Assembly (NCBI GenBank): GCA_963749915.1
Contig: CAVVOP010000032.1
Coordinates: 32,001 to 96,000, forward strand
Source of the DNA: an uncultured cyanobacterium
GTDB taxonomy: Bacteria; Cyanobacteriota; Cyanobacteriia; Cyanobacteriales; Cyanobacteriaceae
Length of the DNA: 64,000 bases
Direction: 5' to 3'
Under the pieces are notes generated by a model that saw only the letters and a list, made by a program, of their open reading frames with translations, did not search any database and was not told the origin of the DNA. Shown here in pieces: positions 1 through 10,403 of this stretch; position 1 is the first letter of the stretch, and every line of letters starts with the position of its first letter. The position numbers were made by a program, and so were the translations under genes.

Positions 1-777
1 CAATTACACGGATTTATTGGCAGTTTTTTAGGTTTAATGATCAAAGTCGGATTTGTAATAATTTATGCAAATAATCCAGATCCTGTAAATGCAAGTTTTA
101 TTGCCTTTAGTAATTATTTTATTGGAGTTACCGTCGGAACAATTTTTAATCGTTTATTTTGGGTTAATACAACTGAGGAAATATTAACTAAAAATTTACC
201 AAATTTCGCAAATATTAGCATTAAATTAATTACCGTAATTTTGAATGGTTATTTAGAAAGTAACTTTAATGAAGCCCTTGCCCAAAATTTCTTAACAACT
301 CTTAATAAAACAGTTCAAGGTAGTGAAAACATACTAAAATTAAGCAGTTTTGATCCTACTAATAAATCAGCAAATCAAGCCCAGTGGATGACAATTATTA
401 AGAGTCAAAAAAATATTTTATCTCATTTATCAGCACTGACACTGTTAGTTAAATCTAGTCAACAAATTAATTTACCCTCAGCTATAAACTCTCAAGTAAC
501 TAAATTATTTAGCTCTTTCCAATCTTCCCTGACAATTATTCCCTTTGCTATGCTTAACAATAAAAAAATAGATTCATCAGATCTTAATCAAAACCTAATT
601 GATTTACAAAACTTATTAGAAAATAACCAAAAAAATGAAATTATTAATAACCAACCACTATCAGAAATTATCACTTTTTATAGCCTATTTAATCGCTGTA
701 AAAAATTAACTCAAGAAATTAATCAATGGGGTGACTATTCTCGTAATAAGAATAATATGTTAACCACTAAAGTTTAA
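1..777 (+). CDS. FUSC/aromatic acid exporter family membrane protein, 5'-truncated by the window edge
   Basis: The frame is open from position 1 (QLHGFIGSFLGLMIKVGF...). A hydrophobic segment is followed by a helical soluble region, and it sits in tandem with a similar gene. Confidence 0.6.
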   Translation, partial: QLHGFIGSFLGLMIKVGFVIIYANNPDPVNASFIAFSNYFIGVTVGTIFNRLFWVNTTEEILTKNLPNFANISIKLITVILNGYLESNFNEALAQNFLTTLNKTVQGSENILKLSSFDPTNKSANQAQWMTIIKSQKNILSHLSALTLLVKSSQQINLPSAINSQVTKLFSSFQSSLTIIPFAMLNNKKIDSSDLNQNLIDLQNLLENNQKNEIINNQPLSEIITFYSLFNRCKKLTQEINQWGDYSRNKNNMLTTKV

Positions 778-796
778 AATAATAATCTCAAAAAAA

Positions 797-1843
797 ATGA
801 AATTTTTAAACAGTTATTTATTTCAATTAGCAGTTATTTCAGCTTTAATATATGCCACAGCAGATTTTTTGGATATTTCTCTTAAACATTACATTTTGTT
901 AGGTTTTTTGGCAGGTTTTAATCCTTCCATTGGTGAGAGTATTCAAGAAGGTAGTAAAAGAATTATGGGAATTTTTGCAGGGGGATTTATTGCTTTTATT
1001 GTCTTGATAGCTTTTCCGCAAAATAGTTTTTCTGTGGGAATCGCTATTTTTTTTACAATTCTTTTTTGTTATTTTCTCAATATACCTCAAGCAATACTTA
1101 ATGCTGTAATTTGTGCTTGTATGGTTAGTATTGGACATTATGCCGATGGATTAAATCAATATTATTGGCAGAGATTTGTATTTAATAGTATTGGGGTTAT
1201 TTTGGGGGGGATAATAACTTTTTTAATACCACCACCTTCTTCTGTTTTAAAATTAGAAAAAGGCTTAAGACAAACTTTAATTTCTCTGCAAAACTTATAT
1301 GAAAAAATTATTGCCAAAAACCTTAATTATGATTCTACCGTAGATTTTCAGGAGATAGAAGACCTTAATCAGATAATTAGTCAACAGATAGCCAGTAATA
1401 ATAAATCATTATCCTTAGCTAAAATAGAGATGTCTCAAGGTTTGAGCGTCACAAATGAATTAGAAAAGATAGAAAAACAAAACAATTTAATCCAAGAAAT
1501 TGCTTTTACCTTAAAGGATATGTCAATGGAAAAAGTTATTGGCAATCAAGAACATAAATTATATCAAAAGTTATATTTAGAAATAGCTAATTTAACTCAA
1601 ATAACCTCGGAAACTTTGAATAAAATTAGTAATTTATCCTTTGAAAAAAGTCTTAATAATCAGACAATTTCATTACCAGATTTAACTGTTGCTATGAATA
1701 CTTTAGGAAATAAAATTAATAGTTTGCGAGAAACAGGAGAAAGTGAGAATTATTCCCTCGATGAAATTATTAAAATTAGTACTTTTCTAGATAATCTCAA
1801 ATTAATTACTGATCAAGTTAATTCTTTATCTAAATTTACCTGA
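797..1843 (+). CDS. FUSC/aromatic acid exporter family protein
   Basis: N-terminal TM bundle with PSIGESIQEGSKRIMGIFAG and RFVFNSIGVILG motifs, followed by a helical C-terminal domain. Confidence 0.7.
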   Translation: MKFLNSYLFQLAVISALIYATADFLDISLKHYILLGFLAGFNPSIGESIQEGSKRIMGIFAGGFIAFIVLIAFPQNSFSVGIAIFFTILFCYFLNIPQAILNAVICACMVSIGHYADGLNQYYWQRFVFNSIGVILGGIITFLIPPPSSVLKLEKGLRQTLISLQNLYEKIIAKNLNYDSTVDFQEIEDLNQIISQQIASNNKSLSLAKIEMSQGLSVTNELEKIEKQNNLIQEIAFTLKDMSMEKVIGNQEHKLYQKLYLEIANLTQITSETLNKISNLSFEKSLNNQTISLPDLTVAMNTLGNKINSLRETGESENYSLDEIIKISTFLDNLKLITDQVNSLSKFT

Positions 1844-1988
1844 GATGTTAACGGAAAAACAATCAATAATTTGGGTTGCGTACCTTGACAAATCTACATA
1901 ATGTTGCGAGTGTATTCTAAGTATTAAGGTAATTTCAATAAAAGTTTGCTAAATTAAACTTTAATAGTTCTTTCTAATTTGATTTTGT

Positions 1989-3989
1989 GTGGTAAAAATA
2001 AATATTGAGGTAGTCTCAAAACTTATGATTAAGAAAAAGCTGTTGAAATTCAGACTGCTTTACATTTTACTGATTATTTTTGTTAGTTTCGCTTCAATTA
2101 TTCCCGTTAATCTTCCCGCAGTTGCTCAATTTTTTCCCAATTTTAGTAGTTCAGAAGAAAATATTAATAGCTCTTCTAACATTCCTATCTTTGAGCATGG
2201 AAACCTTGAATTTGCTCCTGTTTTTCTCGATGGGAAACAAATTGCTGTGGTTGATGCTTTTCGCAGATCTATTCTTCCTGAAAATGAAAATAATAATTCC
2301 CGTTTGAGTGACGCATCAGCACGATCGCAAATCATTAATAGTCGCTTACAAAAAATTTTGGCGAATATGGTGCGTTATCAAAAAGAAATCTTACCAAAAG
2401 AAGGAATTACAGACTTAAATTCTCAAGAACAAGCCCTGAGAGAACAATTAGTAATAAGTAAAACGCAAATCAAAGGTATTTGGGTGGTAACTGCAACTTT
2501 TCCTAAAGATGATGTTGCCGAAATTATCTATTCTGTTACAGAAGCAGACATTAGTAAGCCCAGATTTGGTGGATCTCAACCTGACAAAATAGCCGAAAGA
2601 GTTGTTACAAGTGCAAAAGAAATTTTAATAACTGCATGGAAGGAACATCAATCTAACTATTTAATCTCTACTGCCCAACGTGCCTTATTGATTTTAGTCG
2701 GTTTAATTATACTAAGTTTTATCTTAAATCGGGTGCAAATCGTTTTGAAAAATAGACGACAACAATTGAATAATCTCATTAATTCTATTGAAGTGCCACA
2801 GTTAGATCTCCGTCCAGAAAATGAACCTTCTGATCAACCCCAAGAATTAATAGATAAGCCGAAAAAAAATCCATTAATCTCCATAAAACAACGTATTTGG
2901 CTTAATAGTCTCTATAGAACCATTTTATTTTGGACACAATGGCTAATGTGGTTACTGGGAATTGGTTATCTCACTAGCCTTTTTTATTGGAGTCGTCCTT
3001 TCAGTAACTGGATGATTGGGGTATCTATAAACAATACTTGGGGGAACGAATATAGTCAGTATAACAATAATTTTAGTTGGCCACCTATAGACTGGGTATT
3101 GACTCTGGGGCAAGAGGCAACACTCGGAACACCTTTACTTTTTTTATTGCTGATAATTATTTCTCGCTTAATCTTAAAAATTGGAGATGCAGTTAGTCTT
3201 AATGTAGTGCAAATTTGGATACAAAACACATCAAGTCGTCAACAACGCTCTCAACTACGAACTTCTACCCTTGGTCAAATTTTCAGAGGTTGGCTAAGAG
3301 TTATTACTTATTTATTACTAGGAGTAGTAATCGCTCATCATTTACACAAATTAGGGGCAATTACGCAAATTGTTGGGATTCTCCTTGGTTTTATCAGCTT
3401 TGCTCTCTCTTTAGCTTCTCAAGACTTATTAAAAGATTTAATTGCAGGTTTACTGATTCTCTGGGAAGATCAATACGCCGTAGGAGATGTTATTATCATC
3501 AATGATCAGGGTGGATTAGTTGAAAATATTACACTAAGAGTTACTCAATTACGCAATCTTGATGGGGAATTAATTACCGTTCCTAATCGAAGTATAGAAA
3601 CCGTCAGGAATCTTTCTAGTGAATGGTCACGGGTTAACTATGCGATCGAAGTTAACTACAATACCAATGTTGATCAGGTTTTAGAGGTAATGAACACCGT
3701 TGCCCAAGAACTTTATCAAGATGAACATTGGCAAGGGATGATCTTAGAAGCCCCAGAAATATTAGGGGTTGAGCAACTTTCTCACAAAGGAATTTTAATT
3801 CGCCTCATCATTAAAACTCTACCTTTGCAACAATGGGCAGTAGCACGAGAATTTCGCCGTCGTCTCAAAAATACTTTTGATGAGCAAGGGATTTCTGTGG
3901 GCATTCCTCAACAAAAAATGTACTTTAATAATAATGAATCTTCCCAAAATTACTATCAAGATTTTCCTTTAGCTACAGTAGGAAAATAA
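1989..3989 (+). CDS. Mechanosensitive ion channel, MscS family, with large N-terminal extension
   Basis: SQDLLKDLIAGLLILWEDQYAVGDVI...GLVENITLRVTQLRNLDGELITVPN is the MscS core. The start may be the ATG at 2025. Confidence 0.9.
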   Translation: MVKINIEVVSKLMIKKKLLKFRLLYILLIIFVSFASIIPVNLPAVAQFFPNFSSSEENINSSSNIPIFEHGNLEFAPVFLDGKQIAVVDAFRRSILPENENNNSRLSDASARSQIINSRLQKILANMVRYQKEILPKEGITDLNSQEQALREQLVISKTQIKGIWVVTATFPKDDVAEIIYSVTEADISKPRFGGSQPDKIAERVVTSAKEILITAWKEHQSNYLISTAQRALLILVGLIILSFILNRVQIVLKNRRQQLNNLINSIEVPQLDLRPENEPSDQPQELIDKPKKNPLISIKQRIWLNSLYRTILFWTQWLMWLLGIGYLTSLFYWSRPFSNWMIGVSINNTWGNEYSQYNNNFSWPPIDWVLTLGQEATLGTPLLFLLLIIISRLILKIGDAVSLNVVQIWIQNTSSRQQRSQLRTSTLGQIFRGWLRVITYLLLGVVIAHHLHKLGAITQIVGILLGFISFALSLASQDLLKDLIAGLLILWEDQYAVGDVIIINDQGGLVENITLRVTQLRNLDGELITVPNRSIETVRNLSSEWSRVNYAIEVNYNTNVDQVLEVMNTVAQELYQDEHWQGMILEAPEILGVEQLSHKGILIRLIIKTLPLQQWAVAREFRRRLKNTFDEQGISVGIPQQKMYFNNNESSQNYYQDFPLATVGK

Positions 3990-4002
3990 CTTTTAAGGGT
4001 AA

Positions 4003-4030
4003 TTGGGAATTTGGAATTTAGAATTTAGAA
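4003..4030 (+). repeat. Heptameric STRR-type tandem repeat (GGAATTT/AGAATTT)
   Basis: Tandem gaattt(g/a) units are read directly in the intergenic region. Confidence 0.6.
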
Positions 4031-4063
4031 TGCCCGAATGAGCGAAACAAGATTTGGTTCAAA

Positions 4064-4655
4064 TTATTGCCATGCAGGGAATAAGGCTTTTAATCCGTCA
4101 GCCATGAATTGTACCGCAATTGCCATTGTAATTAACCCCATAATTCGGGTAACAATATTCATTCCCGTTTTGCCTAAAGCCCTATTAATTAAGGGAGCAG
4201 AACGATACAGAACATAAATAACTACAGCTAAAGCAACAATTACCGAAACTTCTATCATTTTATCAACTAAAGAGGGAGAGTTATGAGCATAAACAATGAC
4301 AGTACTGATTGTACCCGGTCCTGCTAAGATCGGTATTGCTAAAGGAACGATCGCAATGGAATCGGCTTGTTGTGCTTCTTGATGTTCTTCCTTTGTATGA
4401 GTTGCAACACTAGATTTAGCATGAAGCATATTTAATCCCATTAGAAAAATCAAAAACCCCCCCCGCTACTCGAAAAGAGTCAACGGTAATACCAAAAGCA
4501 TCTAAAATGGCTTCTCCTAAAAATAGTGAAACACAAAGAATTATACTAAAAGCGATCGCTGTTGTGGTAATTGTGCGAGTATTTTCCTTAGCTGTTTTTC
4601 CTGCAATTAGTCCTAAGTAAAGTGGTAAATTACCGATAGGGTTAGCTACTTCATT
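4064..4655 (-). pseudogene. marC: MarC family membrane protein, frameshifted and N-terminally truncated
   Basis: The upstream frame reads VANPIGNLPLYLG...FGITVDSFRVAGG. An extra G in a G8 run (C8 at 4457-4464 on +) shifts it relative to FLIFLMGLNML...IVPLAIPILAGPG. There is no in-frame start or first TM helix. Confidence 0.85.
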
Positions 4656-4707
4656 TTTTTGATTTTATTAATATCATTTGACATAGTTTGTTACTCCTAG
4701 TTTTAAT

Positions 4708-6231
4708 TTAATTTTTGTTACTATAAATTCCTGTAATCCAACGGAATAAAGGGACTAAATAATTAACAGGCGATCGCTCTTCAACCGTCACCCGTGCTTC
4801 ACCGATCGCACCTTGAGGAATCGGATTATTTGGTTCTTTACCGCTTTCCCATTGATAACCTGTAACATTATCAGGATTTCGCTCTAAGGCTATTTCTACC
4901 TGCACCACAGGCAAATTTTTTGCTTCCCCCGGATCTGGGGCGGAATATGGTACAGGATTACTCATTAAACTTTCGGCTAATTGGGGATTACCCACTAAGC
5001 TAGTTACTTCGTTGGTGGTTATGGTTTCAGGTGACACAGTTGTTACTTTGCCTTTAATACCGCCATATCTTTCTCTCACACCGCCAAAACGTCTTTCGGT
5101 TAATAAATTGGGGGTAACTTCTACTGTCATGTCAGGATAAATGCGATCGGCATTTTCAGGGGTAAAAAAAGCAAGGGCAATTTCTTCTGAATCACGATCA
5201 GAATCAACTTTTAATTTGCCTAATGATGTTCCCGTCGAGATAAATTGACCAATATTAACGCTAATTTCGGTGATTTCTCCTTCATACTCGCTAATAACTT
5301 CTGTTTCATCTGTTAACTTAACTTTTAAATTATCAATATCCCTTTTGAGGTTATCAATGTTATTTTGTCTTTGATTATCAGATTGTAAGTCATCGAGAGA
5401 AATTTCTGCTTTTTGGGAGGCTAAATTTTCTAACTGTGCCTGTAAATTTTGATTTTGTGCTTGTAAACTCTCGTTTTGGGCGGTTAATTGCTGATCTTTG
5501 GCGGTTAAATCGTCTAATTTCGCTTTTAACTGTGTTTTCTCGTTGAGATTCCTTTGCAAAACATCTTCCGCTTGTATTCTACTCGCATCTAAAGGAGCAA
5601 CAGCCCCTTCTTCCACCAAATTATTATATGCCTCAAAACGTTGCTCGATTAATTTATCAATTTCGTCAATTTGTGCCAATCTTTGTTTATAGGTTTCACG
5701 TTGACGGACGATCGCCAATTGTTCTTGTTTATTGGATTCAATTTGTTGTTTATTGGCTTGAATAGAAGTGGGAATTGCTTCTTGCTGACGGGTGATACTG
5801 TCAACTTTCAAAAGAGATCTTTGTCTTTCAATTTCAGTAACAGCGATATTTTCCGATTCATATTGAGCTAATTCCTGTTCTTTATTCAAAATCTGCTCTT
5901 TTAATTCATTAGACTCTAATATTGCCAAAACTTGCCCTTTTTTCACCTTATCTCCTACCGCCACTTTTAACTCAACTACCCTACCAGTGCCACGAGTTTG
6001 AAAGTCAACGGAAGAACGAGGTACTATTAAAATCGAAGATCCGACAACCTTAACAGGGATTCTAGCGGTAAATCCCCATATACCAAAAGCCACAGTTAAT
6101 AAAATTAAAGGTAAAGTGCGGATAATTGCAGGAGGTTGAGTAGGTAAATTGGGTTGAATCTCAGATTCAGTTTCAGATTGAGAAGATTGATTATTACTCA
6201 ATGATTGATTTTTTGCTACGTTATTAGTCAT
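4708..6231 (-). CDS. HlyD-family membrane fusion protein, NHLP bacteriocin-system secretion type
   Basis: TM anchor (WGFTARIPVKVVG), lipoyl-like halves, long coiled coil, RERYGGIKGKV and TGYQWESG motifs typical of NHLP secretion proteins. Confidence 0.85.
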   Translation of the reverse strand: MTNNVAKNQSLSNNQSSQSETESEIQPNLPTQPPAIIRTLPLILLTVAFGIWGFTARIPVKVVGSSILIVPRSSVDFQTRGTGRVVELKVAVGDKVKKGQVLAILESNELKEQILNKEQELAQYESENIAVTEIERQRSLLKVDSITRQQEAIPTSIQANKQQIESNKQEQLAIVRQRETYKQRLAQIDEIDKLIEQRFEAYNNLVEEGAVAPLDASRIQAEDVLQRNLNEKTQLKAKLDDLTAKDQQLTAQNESLQAQNQNLQAQLENLASQKAEISLDDLQSDNQRQNNIDNLKRDIDNLKVKLTDETEVISEYEGEITEISVNIGQFISTGTSLGKLKVDSDRDSEEIALAFFTPENADRIYPDMTVEVTPNLLTERRFGGVRERYGGIKGKVTTVSPETITTNEVTSLVGNPQLAESLMSNPVPYSAPDPGEAKNLPVVQVEIALERNPDNVTGYQWESGKEPNNPIPQGAIGEARVTVEERSPVNYLVPLFRWITGIYSNKN

Positions 6232-6295
6232 ACTTTTAATTTTGTCTAGATAATGTAAGATATTCGGAAATAAAAATAAATTTTAGAATAAGTTT

Positions 6296-6454
6296 ATGAA
6301 AAATTGGTGGCAGTGGTGGTTCAAGTGGTGGGTTTGGACTGCATTTATTGTTTTTATTCTAATTGTTTTGAGTGAACCCCCTCGGCTCTGGTTTTGGTTA
6401 GTATTGTTTATTGTATTACTTCTCTATGGTTATGAGCGATCGCTAAATTCTTGA
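6296..6454 (+). CDS. Small Trp-rich two-TM membrane protein (52 aa, below the ORF-track cutoff)
   Basis: Manual translation gives MKNWWQWWFKWWVWTAFIVFILIVLSEPPRLWFWLVLFIVLLLYGYERSLNS*. Confidence 0.5.
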   Translation: MKNWWQWWFKWWVWTAFIVFILIVLSEPPRLWFWLVLFIVLLLYGYERSLNS

Positions 6455-6585
6455 TTAAGTGTCAATTTTAAAAGGGGAAAGGCAAGAATTTAAGAGAAAA
6501 AAGCAGTAATAATTGATTAAAAATTAGTTTAAAAAAGATTTTCTTGACTATAAATATAAAGTATTTTTGTTATTCATTCAAGATC

Positions 6586-6999
6586 TCAGTTATCCCTATT
6601 TTGGCTAATAAATTGAGTAACTGCATCGCTAATTCTTTCATAAAAATTATCCTCACCTATTTGATCATTTAAACCCGTTTTACTCATTTGTAAATAAACT
6701 TGATCCCTTAATCTTGCCCATGACAAAATAATATTTTGTTTAGCTAATTCTGATTGTAGTTTTTCTAACATTTCCAACGCTGTACTATCAATCATATTAA
6801 TAGTTTCTGCATCGATTAATACCATTTTTACTGGTGTTTGTGCTTCACGAATTTTTTGTTTTAAAGAAGTGCGAAAATAATTAGCATTGAAAAAAATTAA
6901 GGCACTAGCAAAGCGAAAAATTAATAAACCCTCGGTAGTAATCGCTTCAGGATGTATGCTAACATTGCGGTACATTTGTGTATTAGGAATCTGCCCTAA
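6586..6999 (-). pseudogene. SulP/SLC26 anion transporter C-terminal STAS remnant
   Basis: LGQIPNTQMYRN...LLIFRFASALIFFNANYF...IDSTALEML is a STAS domain. The whole transmembrane part is missing and homology stops at about 6999. Confidence 0.8.
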
Positions 7000-7042
7000 C
7001 CTGAATTATTCATGAGAAAATTGAAAAAAGACGTAATTTTAT

Positions 7043-7339
7043 TCATATTTTCATGGTTTTAACTTCTGAATTAATAGCTTGATCTAGTTTATCTTTAGTC
7101 ACTTCTAAATCATATTTTAACTGTAAATTTAACCAAAATTTTTCTGATAAACCAAAATATTTAGACAATCTTAAACCCATTTCTATTGTTACTGGCTGTT
7201 CTTCAAAAATAACATCTTTTATGATAATTAAAGGCACATTAATTTCTTCTGCTAATTGTTCTATAGTTAAATGAAAAGGTTTAATAAATTCTTCTAAAAG
7301 TATTTCCCCCGGATGTATTGGTGTTAATTTGTCATTCAT
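7043..7339 (-). CDS. higA: HigA antitoxin (HTH)
   Basis: PIHPGEILLEEF...LRLSKYFG...FWLNLQ..YDL signature. Confidence 0.92.
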   Translation of the reverse strand: MNDKLTPIHPGEILLEEFIKPFHLTIEQLAEEINVPLIIIKDVIFEEQPVTIEMGLRLSKYFGLSEKFWLNLQLKYDLEVTKDKLDQAINSEVKTMKI

Positions 7340-7351
7340 AATAATTTAACC

Positions 7352-7633
7352 TCAATGATAATCGATAATTTCAACATTAAATGCGTTTCCTTCATGCCAA
7401 ATAAAACATAAACGCCATTGTTCATTTATTCTAATACTATATTCTCCTTCTCGATCACCTTTTAATTTTTCTAAACGATTACCCGGAGGTATCCTTAAGT
7501 CTTCTACATCTTCAGCCACATCTAAAATACTTAATTTCCTTTGTGCTATTCTCTGAATTTGCAATGGTAGACGAGAGGAAAATTTCCTTAGAAATATTTT
7601 TTCCGTCTCTTTACATCTAAAACTTTTGATCAT
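7352..7633 (-). CDS. higB: HigB toxin (RelE/ParE fold)
   Basis: MIKSF...DLRIPPGNRLEKLKGDREGEYSIRINEQWRLCF...EIIDYH, lying upstream of higA. Confidence 0.93.
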   Translation of the reverse strand: MIKSFRCKETEKIFLRKFSSRLPLQIQRIAQRKLSILDVAEDVEDLRIPPGNRLEKLKGDREGEYSIRINEQWRLCFIWHEGNAFNVEIIDYH

Positions 7634-7641
7634 TATTTTTA

Positions 7642-10260
7642 TTATTCAAATATATCTAATTGGCTCATAATGTCCTCTGTATTTTCGTTATTAGAAGGAG
7701 TTAATTTTTTAATATTTTTCCTTAAACCAATGGCAATTTTACTGTGTTTTTCAATTTGACTCATTACCTGTTTGGCACGGCTAATTACTACTTTTGGTAA
7801 ACCTGCCAATCTTCCTGCTTCGATACCGTAGGATTTATCCGCACCCCCTACTTTGACTTCGTGAAGGAAGATAATTTCGTTTTCTAATTCTTTGACCGTT
7901 ACTTGATAATTAGCAACATTTTCAAGAATAGAGGCTAATTCATTTAATTCATGGTAATGAGTCGCAAAAATAGTACGACATTGTATCTCAATGGCTAAAT
8001 ACTCGGCAACCGCCCAAGCTATGGATAAACCGTCAAAAGTAGCCGTACCTCTACCGATTTCATCAAGTAATACTAAAGATTTATTCGTAGCATGGTTAAG
8101 AATATTCGCAGTTTCGTTCATTTCTACCATAAAAGTGGATTGCCCTGTACCGATGTCATCCACAGCACCGACACGAGTGAAGATGCGATCGCATATAGAT
8201 AATTTTGCACTTTCTGCAGGAATAAAACTCCCTATTTGAGCCATTAATTGAATTAACCCTACCTGGCGCAAATAACAACTTTTACCACTAGCATTCGGTC
8301 CTGTTAAGATTATTAAATCAGGAGAATTTTGATCACCTAAATAACTAGAATTAGGCACAAACATTCCGAAACCTAGTAATTTTTCTACCACAGGATGTCT
8401 GCCATTTTTTATTTTAATAACTCGATCTTCCGTTATCTCTGGGCGGTTATAATCTTGATATATTGATAATTCCGTTAAACCCAATAAAACATCCATAGCG
8501 GCGATCGCCCTAGCTACTTTTCTAATTTCGTCGGTTTTTTCTGCCATTAAAAGGCGTAAATTAACAAAGATTTCATATTCAAATTTAGCAAGATCGTCCT
8601 TGGCATTTAAAATACGATTTTCTTTCTCTTTTAACTCAGCAGTAATGTATCTTTCTTCGTTTAATAAAGTTTGTTTTCGTTGATAATTTTCTGGTGCTAA
8701 GTCCGCTTTTGATCGAGGCATACTGATATAATAACCAAAGGTTTTGTTATACCCCACCTTCAAATTGGCCACTCCCGTACGTTGCCTTTGTGTCACTTCC
8801 AGATTGGCCAACCATTCCCTATCCCCGTCGATGAGGGTACGCATCTGATCTAATTGCTCATTGATACCATCTCGAATTATGCCTCCTTCCTTTACGTGTT
8901 GGGGGGGAAACTCAACAATGGAATCCATGACTTTTTTTCCCAATTCTTCCAACTCTGGGGGGATGTGTTGCAACGCCTGAAAATAGGGTGACTTACCCTC
9001 TTTCACCAACTCTGACAAATAGGTTAATTTTAGCAAAGAATCCCCTAAATTAAGTAATTCCTTCGGATTTGCTGTACCTGCACTCACTCTCCCCGTTATC
9101 CTCTCCAAATCATAGATAGTCTTAAAAACTTGCCGAATTTCTTCTCTTAGTGGCAAATTCTCCATTAACTCTGCAATGGTATCTTGACGGGCAATAATTC
9201 CCTTCTTATTGAGTAATGGTTGCAATAACCAACGTCTTAAAGCCCTTGCCCCCATAGCCGTACAAGTTCTATCTAAAGCCCACAATAATGACCCATGAAA
9301 GGTATTATCTCGAACTGTTTGGGTGATTTCGAGGTTACGCCGTGAGGTGGCATCTAAGACCAAATAATCGGCAATACTATAAGTACGAATTAGTTGCAAT
9401 GGAACTTGGTTCGCTTTTTGGGTATCCTGCACATATTCTAATAATCCTCCCGCCGCCCGAATTGCTAGGGGTAAATGTTCACAACCGACACCCTCTAGGG
9501 ATTTGAGCTTAAATTCAACCAATAATCTTGGCTTAGCTTCGTGGATGTCAAAGGCTTTTTGCGATCGCAATGAGTAACAAAAACAATCAGGCAAAAACTC
9601 AGGAACATGATCAGATTTTTGCCCTGGACGTAGTAAACTATTAATATCGGGAGCATTTACGGGAACTAACACTTCAGCTGGCTGTAAACGTAGTAATTCC
9701 GTTGACAAGGCCTTTAAATCCTTACTTTGAGTTGTGAAAAATTCTCCCGTGGAGATATCTGCATAAGCCAAACCCCAATGTTCTTTTGCCACCACCACCG
9801 CTGCTAAAAAGTTGTTTTGTTTCGAAGGCAACATCTCATTTTCGGTGACTGTACCCGGAGTTAATAACTTGGTAATTGCCCGTTTAACAATCCTTTTCTC
9901 CGCCGCCGCCGTTGCCGCATCCTCTACTTGATCACAAATTACCACTGCATAACCCTTCTCTACTAATTGTCGTGCATAGCGATCGAGGGCATGATGAGGG
10001 ACACCTGTCATTGCTATCCTACCTACATTTTGCCCTGCATCTTTACTGGTTATTACTAATTCCAACTCTTGAGAAATGGTGACGGCATCCTCAAAAAAGC
10101 ACTCGAAAAAATCACCTACCCGATACAATAATAAAGCGTTAGGATATTGATTTTTAACTTCCACATAATGCTGGTACATGGGAGTTAAATCAGTAAGATT
10201 TATGGGGCGATAATCTTCATGGGGAGCACTGCGATCGGCTTTCGGTGGGGTTACGGTCAT
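7642..10260 (-). CDS. mutS: DNA mismatch repair protein MutS
   Basis: TPMYQHY...RVGDFFECF, Walker A TGPNASGKS, STFMVEM, LLDEIGRGT and SYGIEAG motifs. Confidence 0.98.
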   Translation of the reverse strand: MTVTPPKADRSAPHEDYRPINLTDLTPMYQHYVEVKNQYPNALLLYRVGDFFECFFEDAVTISQELELVITSKDAGQNVGRIAMTGVPHHALDRYARQLVEKGYAVVICDQVEDAATAAAEKRIVKRAITKLLTPGTVTENEMLPSKQNNFLAAVVVAKEHWGLAYADISTGEFFTTQSKDLKALSTELLRLQPAEVLVPVNAPDINSLLRPGQKSDHVPEFLPDCFCYSLRSQKAFDIHEAKPRLLVEFKLKSLEGVGCEHLPLAIRAAGGLLEYVQDTQKANQVPLQLIRTYSIADYLVLDATSRRNLEITQTVRDNTFHGSLLWALDRTCTAMGARALRRWLLQPLLNKKGIIARQDTIAELMENLPLREEIRQVFKTIYDLERITGRVSAGTANPKELLNLGDSLLKLTYLSELVKEGKSPYFQALQHIPPELEELGKKVMDSIVEFPPQHVKEGGIIRDGINEQLDQMRTLIDGDREWLANLEVTQRQRTGVANLKVGYNKTFGYYISMPRSKADLAPENYQRKQTLLNEERYITAELKEKENRILNAKDDLAKFEYEIFVNLRLLMAEKTDEIRKVARAIAAMDVLLGLTELSIYQDYNRPEITEDRVIKIKNGRHPVVEKLLGFGMFVPNSSYLGDQNSPDLIILTGPNASGKSCYLRQVGLIQLMAQIGSFIPAESAKLSICDRIFTRVGAVDDIGTGQSTFMVEMNETANILNHATNKSLVLLDEIGRGTATFDGLSIAWAVAEYLAIEIQCRTIFATHYHELNELASILENVANYQVTVKELENEIIFLHEVKVGGADKSYGIEAGRLAGLPKVVISRAKQVMSQIEKHSKIAIGLRKNIKKLTPSNNENTEDIMSQLDIFE

Positions 10261-10403
10261 TATTTTCGTGATGATTGACGGTTTCTGCTTTTATCTTCAA
10301 GGGAGATTGATTAACTAATCAATAATAGTCAATATATTGTCTCAAAGGAGTAATGCCATATTTATTTTAAAATAGAAATCTCAATTTTTTTTAAAGTTTT
10401 TCT

